From: Heptranchias perlo
Lineage: Eukaryota
NCBI RefSeq assembly: GCF_035084215.1
Contig: NC_090358.1
Coordinates: 1,488,001 to 1,552,000 of the forward strand
DNA length: 64,000 nucleotides
Reading direction: 5' to 3'
Shown: piece by piece, positions 1 through 24,579 of the stretch
Layout of the letters: each line of letters starts with the position of its first letter
Numbering within the stretch: the first letter of the stretch is position 1
Translations under genes and position numbers: made by a program
The notes under the pieces: model-generated
The model's database searches: none
Told to the model about the DNA's origin: nothing
What the model saw: the letters and a program-made list of their open reading frames with translations, nothing else

Positions 1-302
1 TGTCCAAACTGAACGCACGTTCTGTAGCATTTAAAAACACAACACTGTAATGACAGACTCAGAACAGACAAAAGCTGCTTTATAAAATATTTAATGAAAG
101 CTGGCAATTCCTATTGTACAGAGTAAAAGGTTAATCATATTCACCAGATTATGATAAGATTAAGAGAATTCCAACTGCCCTAAGATAATCCTGCAATTTG
201 ATCCGGTTTCTAATTGGGCAGACTCTTGTGATCCATTCTGCTCACGCTGCTGCCTGGGGCTGAGGACTGTACAATCCAGTCAATGATTCCTTTTAACATC
301 TT

Positions 303-404
303 CCAGTTCTGACGAAAGATCTTCGACCTGAAATGTTAACTCTGTTTCTTTCTCCACAGATGCTGCCTCACTTGCTGAGCTTTTCCAGCATTTCCTGTTT
401 TTAT
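303..404 (+). mobile_element. Single-arm copy of the 15176 Penelope-like family
   Basis: ctgacgaaagatcttcgacctgaaatgttaactctgtttc...ccagcatttcctgttttt. Confidence 0.7.
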
Positions 405-1159
405 AATGATTCCTAGAGATTTCTCCTCTAATCAGCTGGCCCAATCTCAATTCCCCAACACATCAATGATTATAGAGGAAATACTTACTTATGTAATGCG
501 TTATCACATTTAAATGCCTCAAAGCACGTCACGCAACAGATTACTTGAAGTGCAGTAACTGTTGTGACGGAGGCAGAAACCACAGCCACTTCGCATTAAC
601 AGTATCCCACAAACAGCAATCAGATCGTCACCCTGTTAATCTGGGTTTTTTTGGCAGAATTGGTTGAGGGTGGACTATCGGCCAGAACTCCCTGCTCTGC
701 TTATACTGCCGTGGGATCTTTAACATACTCGTGTAACCACTGGATCAGGCAGATGGGACCACAGGATAACATCTCACTCCAAGGAGGGACTATCCAAACC
801 CATCGTTGAACTTACTACAGATGTTTTTTTTAAATTATGCAATGCAGGTAGAATTGAGGTCTGTCTAGATGAGATTTCACAGAGTAACCCGTAGCAATGC
901 AAGAATTGATGTACAGTCAGAAGAAGTTCCCAATCCCTGTAGTTCCAAATATATAAACTAATAAATCTGCTGTACCTGCAGTTTTACACTTGAATTTGAT
1001 GGTCAGTGTGGCGGCTATCCAAGGTCCTTTGAATGCAATGACCAATGAGCTACATTGTTCACAGTGATCTCCTGGACACTTTCTTTAAGTACTGAAGTTT
1101 TCATTTAATATTCTGAAGTACTCAAGCCATCGCCAAGGTGGCTCCCCGTGCTTCTCGCA

Positions 1160-1255
1160 CTAGCTGGTGGCAGCTTCTGATTTCAGTCTTTCGTGCACCT
1201 CTTCTGGGGTCAATGAGGCCAAAATCTTCACCACCTTCTCACGCGACCTGCAACC
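1160..1255 (-). CDS. C15orf40: C15orf40 exon 4 (stop TAG)
   Basis: tttgaag|GGT; encodes [16 protein letters not shown]; absent from the ORF track, found by reading the minus strand. Confidence 0.9.
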   Translation of the reverse strand, partial: GCRSREKVVKILASLTPEEVHERLKSEAATS

Positions 1256-4200
1256 CTTCAAAGGTCAGGAGTTCGGGAATAGCATGTGCAGGAGGAAAGT
1301 CAAGAAACCACTGTCATCATGGAACATAAAACTACCAGCTACTTAAACAAATAGTACAGTGAAAATAAAAAGACTAGAAATCACAACAAGTATCAATCTT
1401 GACTTCTGGGGAAATGTTAAATAAATCAAATGTAAAGTCAAATTAGGCCACTCTCCTTCAAATTGATTTGAGTGGATTAAGCAGATTCCTTCCTGAAAGG
1501 CACCTGACAACTTTCAATAAAATCTCACTCATTAGCAGCGATGCACATTCGTTTTTGGTTTAAAATTATAACCTCCATTGGTGCCTGCCTCTCAAACTAA
1601 CCACAGCTTCCCTGGTTTTGTGATCCAGGTGAGGGGTGGAGGAGTGGAGGGGGATGGGTGGGAGTGGAGTATGGGATGGGGTGTTGGAGGAGGGGTGAGG
1701 GGGGGGGTTTCCCCAGACAAGCGTTGAGCATCACTGAGCCTTCGCATGCCCCATTTTAAATCATCCGATCACCTGACTCGCGGCGAGCAATGCCACGGGA
1801 GAATGGACGGATGGAATGAAGAGATAAGCTGTCACGTGACTGAATGTTCCCAGGCACTGTGGCATCCACTGAGAAACGTTCGACTGAAACAATACAGCTG
1901 TTTTGATATACCTTTAATATAAGCAAAGCAACTCCTCTTTTAATGATTTTCTCTTCTGAACTTGTCCTACGCAACACAGCTACCCCAGCCAGCGGACCTG
2001 CTCCCACACCTGACAACGCAGCTCTGTACAAGGCTATGCAATGCACTAGTGGCCTGGGATGTCTTGCCCTCAGATTTTTCCAGCTTTCCTACAGAGAAGC
2101 ACGTCACATCTCTGGACCCCATCACTCATGAGGTACCAAGTGAGGAATTCAGGGGATCAAATGCACTCTGTGTCTTTGTTTCAATGTGCAGCGTTACTGC
2201 AATATCACTAGGAGATGGTTCCAATGACGGCATTCAGTGACCTTGTTCTCAGTGATACCGGGCAGAAGCAAATCAAAGTGAAATACTTCAGAGTAAACAA
2301 GAACCACATCAACAAACAGTTGGCAGTGATTTGTAATTTCACCACTTGGCAGATCCCAGTGGCACTAACTGTTCACCAGCCACACAATCCTTGGCTTGAG
2401 ATATAATTACAAACAGAATATGTCTAAACTCCCATTAGCTTAAGGCTTATTAAAGAAGATATAGAAATAGCCCGAAGAAATGCTGCTGCTGTCCTCAGTT
2501 AGTGTTGGGGCTGCAGGAGTTGACAGAAAATCAGCAGCCATTTTGAAGCAGTGACAAAAATAAAACGTGTGAATGTTGGAAATACAGAGTGGGCCTGTCA
2601 GCACCTGAAACCACAGACACCATTCGTCAGGGCAGTAAGGTCACAGTGTGAGTGAGCGGGTGTTAAAGATCTGATGTAACGTGCCATGGGTAAGGATGCG
2701 AGGTCCCATCCAGCCTTCCTCTCAGTGCCCAATGTCAGTCTGTGCCGTTAGAGGTCAGGAATTTTGGTGCAAGAAGGAACAAATCAGAGGCTAAGTCCGT
2801 CTAGTTGCTGACAACAACCTGTCTTCTCTCTTTTCAGAAGTTGAAGAACCTGCTGTGTATTTCCAACAGTTTCTATTTTTACCTACAGTGGGATATTGGT
2901 GAAAATCACGGACTAGTTCACCTCTAGCCTCCTGTTCAGAGTGAGTTTGTGACGCAGGGAGGCCGTTAGAGTGTGTGTGGGGGGAGGAAACTCTCACCTA
3001 CAGCTTTATAAAGTAAGAAGCACGCAATCCATCTCTCACAATATATCCGGTTAAATTTACTGTGCGAGAGACAGCAGGTAGGAGATTCAACACAAGGGAC
3101 CACATACTGTAATGACATGGCTTCCTGATCACCATTCATCACACAGGGAGCTCCCCAATCTCACTCAGTGAGGTATCAAAGGGGGATGGGTGCTTCTCCA
3201 TGTGCAGGGGGCCAAACACAGGTCAAATCAACACAGGCGTTTTCTAGCAGTTGGTTACAGAGCATCATCAGCAGAGCTTGGAAGCAGATCGTCTGACAGT
3301 AAAGAGCTGACAACATACCTTGTCCAGAACCACTTCACTTTTCTTTAATTCCAGCACCTTGGCCAGGTAGCGAACTAGTTCTGCATTTGCCTCTCCTTCA
3401 GACGGAGGGGCTGCGATGGCCACGCCCACTGCTTCTTCTGACACATCTACAGAACATGAGGTGTACACGAGTCACCATCACTGGTACCCACCCACTGCTC
3501 GTCAGCAGACAGGGATCCGTGCGGCAAAACGCTACAGGTTATAAAATATAATCGATAGCTTCTGACGAGGTCGCAAACCACAACGTAACTCAAATGAGCT
3601 TCAAAGACCAACTGAACCTTAGATTGTGATACAGACCATAAAATGGAAAGAGCAGAGTTCAGCTTGACTCTAACTTCATAGAATACAAAATGGGTGGGTT
3701 ACTTTTGCACTTATATGTGATTAGGGTGCTGTAAAACCGGCCTTCTGGTGATAGTTGTTTGATAATGTAAAGAGGTACAACACTTAGGGAAGATCCCTCT
3801 GCTACATCCTGCCTGTGACAGTAACGACCCAGTGATACAGGATCTTTTCTACAGCTGTGTAATGTGAATATTAGAAGCAAGTGATTTCTTCCATACTGCT
3901 TACCTGTTATGGCATTTTGTTTGGCTCCAGGCTTAGCATGAATGGCAACCAAAACAGAACCACTCTTGTCAACCTTCACAGGTCCCCGAGGTGCCGGTGC
4001 TGGCTTTGCAGTGTCCTTAGATTTCCCCTTATTCTGAGACAAAATAAAGTTTAATTATCATTACAGCTGTTACAAAGTGTGACTCTGCCTGGTGGAATCA
4101 GTTACGACATGGGACACCCAAACTGATGGGATTAGTCCCACTTTGCAAATTATGCATGTTCTAATTGAAATTACACATATTACATTTTGAAATAGTGACT

Positions 4201-6909
4201 GCTGTACGTGGGCAAACAATCTACATACGAATTAAGAGCAGGAGTAGGCCATTTGGCTCCTCGAGCCTGCTGTGCCATTTGATAAGATCATGGCTGATCT
4301 GATTGTGACCTCGACCCTACTTTCCCATCCACCTACTATAACCTTTGATTCCCTTGTTACTCATGAATCTATCTAACTCAGCCTTAAAAATATTCGTAAA
4401 CAATTTTACAACACCAAGTTATAGTCCAGCAATTTTATTTTAAATTTTAAAATAAAATTGCTGGACTATAACTTGGTGTTGTAAAATTGTTTACAATTGT
4501 CAACCCCAGTCCATCACCGGCATCTCCACATCATTAAAAATATTCAATGACCCTGCCTCCACTGCTCTCTGGGGAAGGGAGTTCCACAGACTCACGACCT
4601 TCTGAGAGAAAAAATTTCTCATCTCCGTCTTAAATGGGAGACCCCTTATTTTTAATCTGTGGCCCCCTAGTTCTAGTCTCTCCCACAAGGGGAAACATCC
4701 TCTCAGCATCTACCCCTTCAAGTCCCCTCAGGATCTTATATGTTTCAATAAGATCACCACTCATTCTTCTAAACTCCGGTGTATACAGGCCCAACTTGTC
4801 CAACCTTGCCTCATAAGATAACCCCCTCATCCCAGGAATCAGTCGAGTGAACCTTCTCTGAACCGCCTCTCTAAAGCAATTATGTCCTTTCTTAAATAAG
4901 GAGACCAAAACTGCACACAGTATTCTAGATGTGGTCTCACCAATGCCCTGTACAACTGTAGAAAACATCTCTACTTTTATATTCCATTCCCCTTGCAATA
5001 AATGACAACATTCCATTTGCCTTCCTAATCACTTGCTGTACCTGCATACTACCTTTTTGTGATTCATGTACTAGGACACCCAGATCCCTCTGTACCTCAG
5101 AGTTCTGCAATCTCTCTCCATTTAAATAATATACTGCTTTTCTATTCCTCCTGCCAAAGTGGACAAGTTCACATTTTCCCACATTGGGCAAAAATTCGGC
5201 AGATGGAGTACATTCACTTAACCTATCTATATTCCTTTGCAGACTCCTTATGTCCTTTTCACAACTTACTTTCCTACCTACCTTTGTGTCATCAGCAAAT
5301 CTACAGTAAAGTATAACTAGGTTGCCACCTTATGCCAAGTCTTAGACCAAGGGCACAGCCCTAGGAAAAAAATGTCTAAAATTGTGATATGCAAATTATT
5401 TCAACTATTGTGCACTCAACATCCAGCTGGTGCAGGGGGTACTTTTCTTTCTGTTCTCCCTGTCTGTGTTCCAGATTTTCCCATTTGTTAACTCCTGGTT
5501 TAGATGTTGCACCAATAATTCCATGGACCAGTTCTTCCAGGTGACATGCAACATGAGGATAGCCATAACCAGGGCCATTATTCTACAGTAAATAAAGATA
5601 AATCTGTTTCTTTGCATGGGGTTTTTACTGGTGTTTGAGGAATCACATTCCACAATTCTATTTAAAATTAAGCTGATTATTTTATGAAATAAGTTAAACT
5701 CTGTTTTTATATTACTAGTCAATCTCCTGCAGTCAACAATTGGAAGTCCAGACCAAGTGTAATCTTCAGGTGTAGCAGACTTAGAGGGCTAGGGATAATT
5801 GGACATGGGAACACATACAACAATTTGCATTTATATAGTACCTTTAACGTAGTAAAACATCCTGAGGCGCTTCACAGGAGTGTAATCAGACAAAATTGGC
5901 ACTGAGTCACATAAGCAGATATTAGGACAAGTGACCAAAAGCTTGGTCAAAGAGGTAGGTTTCAAGGAGCATCTTAAAAGGAGAGGTGGAGAGGTTTAGG
6001 GAGGGAATTCTAGAGTTTAAGACCTGGATGACTGAAGGCACGACTGCCAATGGTGGGGCGTAGGGAGTGGGGGATGTGCAAGAGGCCAGAATTGGAGGAG
6101 CACAGAGATCTCGGAGGGTTGTAGAGCTAGAGGAGGTTACAGAGATAGGGAGGGGCGAGGCCATAGAGGGATTTGAAAACAAGGATGAGAATTTTAAAAT
6201 TAAGGTGTTGCCGGACTGGGAACCCAATGTAGGTCAGTGAGCACAGGGGTGATGGGTGAACGGAATTAGTTCTGCATTTAAGATTTAACAGATGTACTAG
6301 AATCTATGAGGTCTCCGCCAGCACATACTATACTTGTCACGTTTTCACTTATTTAAAAACATAAATTCCTCCCTCACTTTCAGGTTAGCGCACTCAATTA
6401 CTTTGCAGAAAAGGTAACCAGCCATTCTGTTCTTATTTTTATTTGTCCATGATAAATTCTTACCTCCACATTTCAGATAGAAACTGCCTATGTAAACAGG
6501 TCACGCTGCAGCAACACTACTGGTGGGAGGGTGGAATTACAGTGTGACATGTTTACATAGGCAGTGCCCATTATAAATGGGAACAAGGGTTGACCTGAAT
6601 ATCAGATTGTTAATAAACCAGAGATTGATGGTTTTACAGAATTCTGTCCGTCTCTCTGTGGAAACTCACAGCCCCGGAGCCCTCCCCACACCCAGTACCC
6701 CTCTCCCCGCTCCTTACCATGCGGGGTTCTCCTGAATTCTTCGGCATGTTTCGCACCCTATGGACCGGCGTTGCCCCCAGGCCCAAACAAAGCCGCGGCC
6801 AACCAGCAGCAAAGAGCCGCTGGAAACCTGGGCCTACCAGGAAGGGGAGAGCCGCGGCGCCCGGAACAGTAAGGATGAGCGGAATGCACCGAAGCGACGC
6901 TCTGCTCAT
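1160..6909 (-). CDS. C15orf40: UPF0235 (YggU-like) protein C15orf40 homolog; join(6718..6909,3904..4033,3319..3446,1160..1255); 181 aa, or 127 aa from ATG 6747
   Basis: Spliced product ...[10 protein letters not shown]|NKGKSK...[15 protein letters not shown]|[43 protein letters not shown]|[31 protein letters not shown] resembles vertebrate C15orf40. All introns GT-AG, phases 0/1/0. Adjacent to BTBD1, as in human. Confidence 0.93.
3319..3446 (-). CDS. C15orf40: C15orf40 exon 3
   Basis: ctgtag|AT...AAG|gtatgt; encodes [13 protein letters not shown]. Confidence 0.95.
3904..4033 (-). CDS. C15orf40: C15orf40 exon 2
   Basis: tctcag|AAT...G|gtaagc; encodes [14 protein letters not shown]. Confidence 0.93.
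4225..5305 (-). mobile_element. CR1 (HER1-like) LINE 3' fragment
   Basis: [40 protein letters not shown]; 3' stem-loop tail. Confidence 0.9.
4396..4533 (+). mobile_element. Penelope-like foldback (inverted pseudo-LTR) insertion inside a CR1 tail
   Basis: ~50-bp inverted arms plus tail ...cagtccatcaccggcatctccacatca; 12-bp TSD ttaaaaatattc at 4384-4395 and 4534-4545. Confidence 0.85.
5815..6265 (-). mobile_element. L2 LINE 3' fragment (related copies 18645-18870, 34765-35475, 57975-58445)
   Basis: Tail acaacaatttgcatttatatag..cctttaac; the 34765 copy encodes LHWLPV.QR.EFK and WNSLP. Confidence 0.8.
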
Positions 6910-7145
6910 AATAAGGACCAAGCCGGCCGGTGAGCGCCCAGAACCCGGGGCCTAGTTGCCGGGCGGGAGTCGCGGGGCCTCCCAGGCCCGGTCACCAGGC
7001 AACAAGTCTACAGCATTCAACTCCCAGACTACACTGCGCGCAGCCCCTCTCACACATGCGCACTTCAAAGCCCAGAAGCCCCGCCCACTCGTGTCCCAGG
7101 CCCCGCCCCCAGCTGTCACTCACTGGGTTTGCCACGTGGGGAACA
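6700..7145 (-). promoter_or_regulatory. C15orf40 CpG-island promoter
   Basis: CpG-rich; GC boxes at ~7078-7086 and 7099-7110; NRF1-like TGCGCGCA 7035-7042 and CATGCGCA 7055-7062; E-box CCACGTGG ~7132-7139. Confidence 0.7.
6718..6909 (-). CDS. C15orf40: C15orf40 exon 1 (alternative ATG at 6747)
   Basis: ATG 6909-6907 in frame with MPKN; donor ATG|GTAAGG; lies in a CpG island. Confidence 0.75.
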
Positions 7146-9837
7146 ATATTGAACCCCCTTCATTTAATGAACTTCCATTAATTCTGGTCAAGTGATCCCT
7201 GCACTTGGCCATAAATTCTTTATCAATAAACATTTAGTCTATAAATCCTAATTAGAGTATGGGGTGTCTCCATAATTAGCAGAGGCAGCGTTTGGTATTT
7301 GCTTGTTCCAGTTTAAGAGAATTTGTGATTAAGTTAACTTGCGTGCTGATATTCTAGCTTTATCTTAGTCCAAGGGATTATTAAAAGGAAACACCTCATC
7401 TGTATAGATATTAATTATAGTCTCTGGTTATGATTCCTAAATCAGTGCGTAGCAATCTCGCCGAGTCAGAAGGTCGTTGATTCAAATCTCACTCCAGAGA
7501 TTCGAGCACATAATCCAGGCTGACACTCTGGTGCAGTTCTGAGGGAGTGCTGCACTGTCGGAGATGTCGTCTTTCAGATGAAGGATTCCCTCTATTCACC
7601 GAGAAAAAGCACAGTAAGCAGACAGGGAATTAGAGGGGGTTATTATGGGAAGGGACACAGCACTGAGAGCAGGTAACAGATTATGGGAGATGATGTAAGA
7701 CTATCAGTGGGGATTTGTATACAGGCTATGTGACCAGGAGTGAGGAATGTAAAAGGGGATTATTCATAATATGTAAGCAGTAATGGCAGGCGACCGGGAA
7801 AGGAGGTAGAGTTGATGAGTGGGTCCTCGGCCCCAGTCAACACGAGCAACATGGAGGCGACTGAACGACTGGTGCTCTGAATTTACCAGCTCTGCCTTAT
7901 CCTGAATAATCAGGTCTGGGGATCGGTGATCACAAACTGTCGTGTTCAGTTCACCCTTGTGGATTTGTCCTCACTCCCTACAGCCGGAAGCGTGTAGTGA
8001 GCCCAGGGCTCTGGTTCCATCACATGCTCTCATATAACCTCCCGCAACTTCAGTTGGTGATGGAATAAACACTCCTCTAGGCTGGGGTTTCGGCTATAAC
8101 ATGCCAAACAGATTTATTAAACAGTAAATGGATAAACAAGAGTAGCAATGACACACTATAAATTTACAGTAGTTACAAGCTGAAGTATACTCCTGCAATA
8201 AAGAATAACAAACCACTGAGCCGGCTGAGGCAGACTTCAATGTGAACTACAAATGTTTCCAGGTCCCTAACTATGTGGAGCTTGCTGCTGCTCCTTGTGC
8301 TGTTCTCTGGCTGTGAACTCCCTCTCCCACCAACAGACAGAAAATTGGAGCAAGGCAGGCTGAGATATACTTTCAAAATTTCACTGGGCCAAAAATTTTT
8401 TTAAAAGGAATCTCAGACACAAATAGAGCAGCCACTCAGATATTCAGACACCCACAGGATGCTTGTAGTTGAATTGAATGGCTTGATCTTGCCATCCAAT
8501 ACCTTTTGCAAACACAGGGTCTGCTCCAGGACCACTGTGTTTCAAAACAACCTGGGTTACTTCCTGCGAATGACCTTGGTTTTTTTTAACCTTATGTACT
8601 GTGACACAAGCAGCCAATAACATGATGCATCATTGACAAAAATTCTCATCATTATTTACATCACTCCTCCCATCACCCAGATCACTCCGGGATCAGTTTG
8701 TGTTTATTTATCGTATTCCACAAGTGGCAGTGGGATCTCCTCTAGTGTTGCTTGCAGGTCCTTGGGCCTCCTCTGTCCCTGCTCCGCACTGTTTCTCTGC
8801 TCCAGCCCCCGGAGTACTTGGAGGGAGGGTTGGGAGTGCACCTTCCCAGAAGCAGAACTGGAGAGCTAGAGGTGGGTCTGCCAGGGTGGGAAAAAGGGAG
8901 ACTTGCACCTGAAGTTGCTGCTGGGAGGGAGTAATTGGTGACTGGGCAGAGAGCACAGGAAGGGCCTAGTTCCTGCTTTTTACAGCTCCCAGTCGATAGC
9001 TGGAGTCTGGGCTAGAGTGGGGAGGCCATAGAGGATCAAGAGTGGGGCCCGGGGGCGAGAGCGGGAGCAAGAGCTGGGCCTGGGGTGGGCAGGAGAAAAA
9101 AAGAGGGGGACCCCAGGGGGGAAAATAGAGTGGTGGCCCCCGGGGTGGTGGGGGGGAAATAAAATAGAGAGCGAGGGCCCCTGGGGTGGGGAGTAAATCG
9201 AGAGTGGGGGCCCCCGGGGGGAGAGTTCTACGATTCCGCCTGTCCTGGTTCGAGCCCCTCCCACCCGCTCTCTTCTAATCCTACTTCTCTGCTCTTTCGG
9301 ATCATAAATCTCACCCCTGCCGTTCTTTCCTCAGTGACGACAGCCCTGAGGGAACGACCATCAAGGATCTCCGCTCAGTTTCATGAATTTGGTTTCAGTG
9401 TCTACTCATCGTGATTGTCCTCAGTCCTACGCCCTTCGTGTTTCTGAAGAGTTTCTGTGCCAAACGCAAGGTGCACATTTAACCAGAGCCAATATTCCCG
9501 TCGTTAACGGAACAGGTATTTCTTCTGAAACACGATCTTCAAATGGACCTGCAGGGACCCTGTGGGAAATTAGCTCAGAAACAATAACACACTCGTCCTT
9601 AAACTGGTCATTGGTTCCTCTATTGTGGCAGAGAGGAAGTTCAGACAAAACGCATTAAGCTCTCACCTAATGACTGCCCACTGCCCAATGCCTGTGTTAG
9701 TTGATTATTTTATTCAAACACCCTTCACAGACGACAGTTTCACATCACTCATGGAAGCTGTTCAAGTCTGGACAGAAAGCAATTCATTCAAAAAAAATAC
9801 AAATCAGCGGCCACACCAAAAATAACTGCAGACAGCA

Positions 9838-10260
9838 GAAGAACAGGAGGAGGCTATTCAGCCCCTCGAGCCTGCTACACAGGAACAGGAGGAGGCCATT
9901 CAGCCCCTCGAGCCTGCTACACAGGAACAGGAGGAGGCCCATTCAGCCCCTCCAGCCTGTTCAACCAGTCAATTAAATCACAGCTGATCTGTACCTCAAC
10001 TCGCCTTTGATCCGTAATCCACTGACACCCTTACCTAACAAAAATCTATCGATCTGAGTCTTGAAAATTTCAACTGACCCCCAGCATCTACAACCTTTTG
10101 GGGGAAGAGAGTTCCAGATTTCCACTACCCTTTGTGTGAAAAAGTGCTTCCTGATTTCACTCCTGAACGGCCTAGCTCTAATTTTAAGATTATGTCTCTT
10201 TATTCTGGATTCCCACCACCAGAAGAAATAGTTTCTCTATCTACCTATTGAATCTTTTTA
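9838..10260 (-). mobile_element. CR1 3' tail with triplicated 42-bp terminal unit
   Basis: gaacaggaggaggc.attcagcccctc at 9841, 9883 and 9925; related tails at 24050-24190 (+) and 29490-29850 (-). Confidence 0.8.
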
Positions 10261-11477
10261 ACATTTTAACAGACAGCAATGTCCAAAATCCCACCAGAGA
10301 AGGACAGCATGTTCTATTTTTATTTCAGAGAATGTTGTTTGAATAAAGTGGGCAGCATGTCTGAAATAAGAAACAGAAAGGTCGTCTGTTATAATTGTTA
10401 GGAATAAATGGATGGAGCAGATTTGCCCCCACAGCACAGAATCTGTCTTCACTGATTGACAATTAAAGTGTGAGGTTCTCCCTCAGGTGGCCTTCAATTT
10501 CCCAGCTCTCTGTTAACTTTGAAAAATAAGCTTTAAGCAGTCTGGTTATATGTGGGTCGCTGCCCCTCATCACTGCACTGTCAGACCTGGTCACACGAGG
10601 ACCAGGACTTGGGATATCATCAATAACTCCTGGCACACAGCAAATCCCTGATGTGAGTCATTGAAGGGCGGTTAAGGCACTTCCACAGCAGGGGCAGTAA
10701 AAAGGGGGCAAGTCAGCTGACGCTGCTCTCCGCTCCGCCCCCCCCCCCCCCCCCACCAAATGAGCCTCTTTCTTTAGCAGCAGGCTGGCAGTGCTGGGAG
10801 ACAGATTCACAATTGAGATTCTCCAAGGGGCGAGCTCCCAACTTCAGCCTCCCTCACTCAGGCTTGGAGTTGAGTCGAGCACTTCCCTCGGGGAGTAACC
10901 ACAAAGGATGAGGTGCCCGGGGGCCACTCCCCGACACCTCAAGAGGCTGGTTAAAATGGCACTTCTCAGAAAGGTCAGAAATGCTGCAAGGGATCAGAAA
11001 AAAAAAATCACTGTACAAACTATTGTATGATCCCAACAGTGGCAGTTCTAGAATAAAAATAGGAAGCCCTGTAACCCAACATAGAAAGTTCAACTCCTAC
11101 AGAAGGTCTCATCCATTCAGAAGTTCTCCTACGTACGTTATGTCCTGGTGGTGACTTTACTTATAATGGTTATGTTAGTTATCCTGTGTAGTTTGGAATT
11201 GGTGCTGTTTATCAGACCATCGTGGCTCGTCCTGTCCCGCTAAACGTTCTCTGCCAAACCTCGCGGGCGCACATCCTTTCCCTGTCTTACGCTGAAGATC
11301 TCAGGAGAAGGCTCAACTCGCATCAAATTATCTCTGGCTTTGATCCCACTGCTCTTCCACTGTGTCAGGCATCGCCTCTTAAGGGAGAAAAAAAACAGTG
11401 AAACAGAAAGCGGCCAAGCGAGGCGTTAAACATCTGGTTTCCTCATCGGATGAGGTGAAGTCTGGCTTTAAGCCGAG

Positions 11478-23712
<12,235 letters not shown>

Positions 23713-23757
23713 TGCCCCCGGGGCCCAGGGCGGCGGCGGCCTCCTCCCCCAGGGTGG

Positions 23758-23967
23758 GGGTTACCAACCCTCCCGGATTGCCCTGGAGTCTCCAGGAATT
23801 AAACTCCTCCACACATCTGCAAACTGGGGAAAAACATCATTGGGGCAGTAAACAAATTCTGTTTTTTAGTTATAAAAATATTGGGGTTGGAAAAAAGGCT
23901 GTTTGACGGGGAGGGAGGACGTATGATTAAACCTCCAGGAATATGTCCAATCAGAGTTGGCAACCCC
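23758..23967. mobile_element. MITE, same family as 19378
   Basis: gggttaccaaccct ... agagttggcaaccc; directly abuts the BTBD1 CpG island. Confidence 0.72.
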
Positions 23968-24317
23968 ACCTACCCTTCATTGGCTTCCCCTTGCCCCAAC
24001 CTTCAAAAGTCCATTAACTTCATCCCTCAGTCACTCACTATTCCCTCTCGCGCTCGTTTTGTTGGGTGAGGGTATCGAGGGATATGGAGCAAAGGCGGGT
24101 AAACGGGGTTAAGGTACAGATCAGCCATGAGCTAACTGAATGGCGGAACAGGCTCGACGGACTGAATGGCCTCCTCCTGTTCCTACGAACGTGCTGCCAG
24201 AAAATGAGCCGAGGAACGAGAGAGAGAGAGAACAAGCACGCACAAGTAATCAGCAAAAAGACCGCCAAATGAAGGCAGCGACAATGTGAAGAAGAGCAAG
24301 CAGCCTCTGCTAACAAT

Positions 24318-24429
24318 AAATGCTGACAGCACCTGACATTCCCAGGCAGTCTCCCAAACACGTACTGACCAGGCCTGACTCTGCTTAGAGTCCAAGATCG
24401 GGCGTTTTCAGGCTGGTGTGGCCGTAGGC
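24318..24429 (-). pseudogene. 5S rRNA pseudogene (copy A)
   Basis: Reverse complement GCCTACGGCCACACCAGCCTGAAAACGCCCGATCTT...TAAGCAGAGTCAGGCCTGGTCAGTAC...TGGGAGACTGCCTGGGAAT.TCAGGTGCTGT; deletion just before the A box. Confidence 0.88.
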
Positions 24430-24579
24430 AGCAGCCCACTGGCTCGCTCTTTGCTTAAAGGCTTGCAGTCCTGTCCCTCATTCTTTTTCCTAGTTTATAT
24501 TTCTTTTGTTTCCCTTTTCCCCACTTTACTCTTGTTGCTCAGCCTCCCACACACACAAACTACAAGCCCTACTTATGCT

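Noticed and set aside
2555-2885. Degenerate inverted repeat in C15orf40 intron 3
   Set aside because: Probably an old PLE remnant; too diverged to delimit, and no hammerhead core seen.
7772-8101. Possible solo LTR (TGT...AATAAA...ACA)
   Set aside because: No TSD, PBS/PPT or second copy visible; cannot be supported without a repeat-library search.
8980-9264. G-rich tract as an extra promoter or gene between C15orf40 and BTBD1
   Set aside because: Low-complexity G-runs with no associated exon or coding homology.
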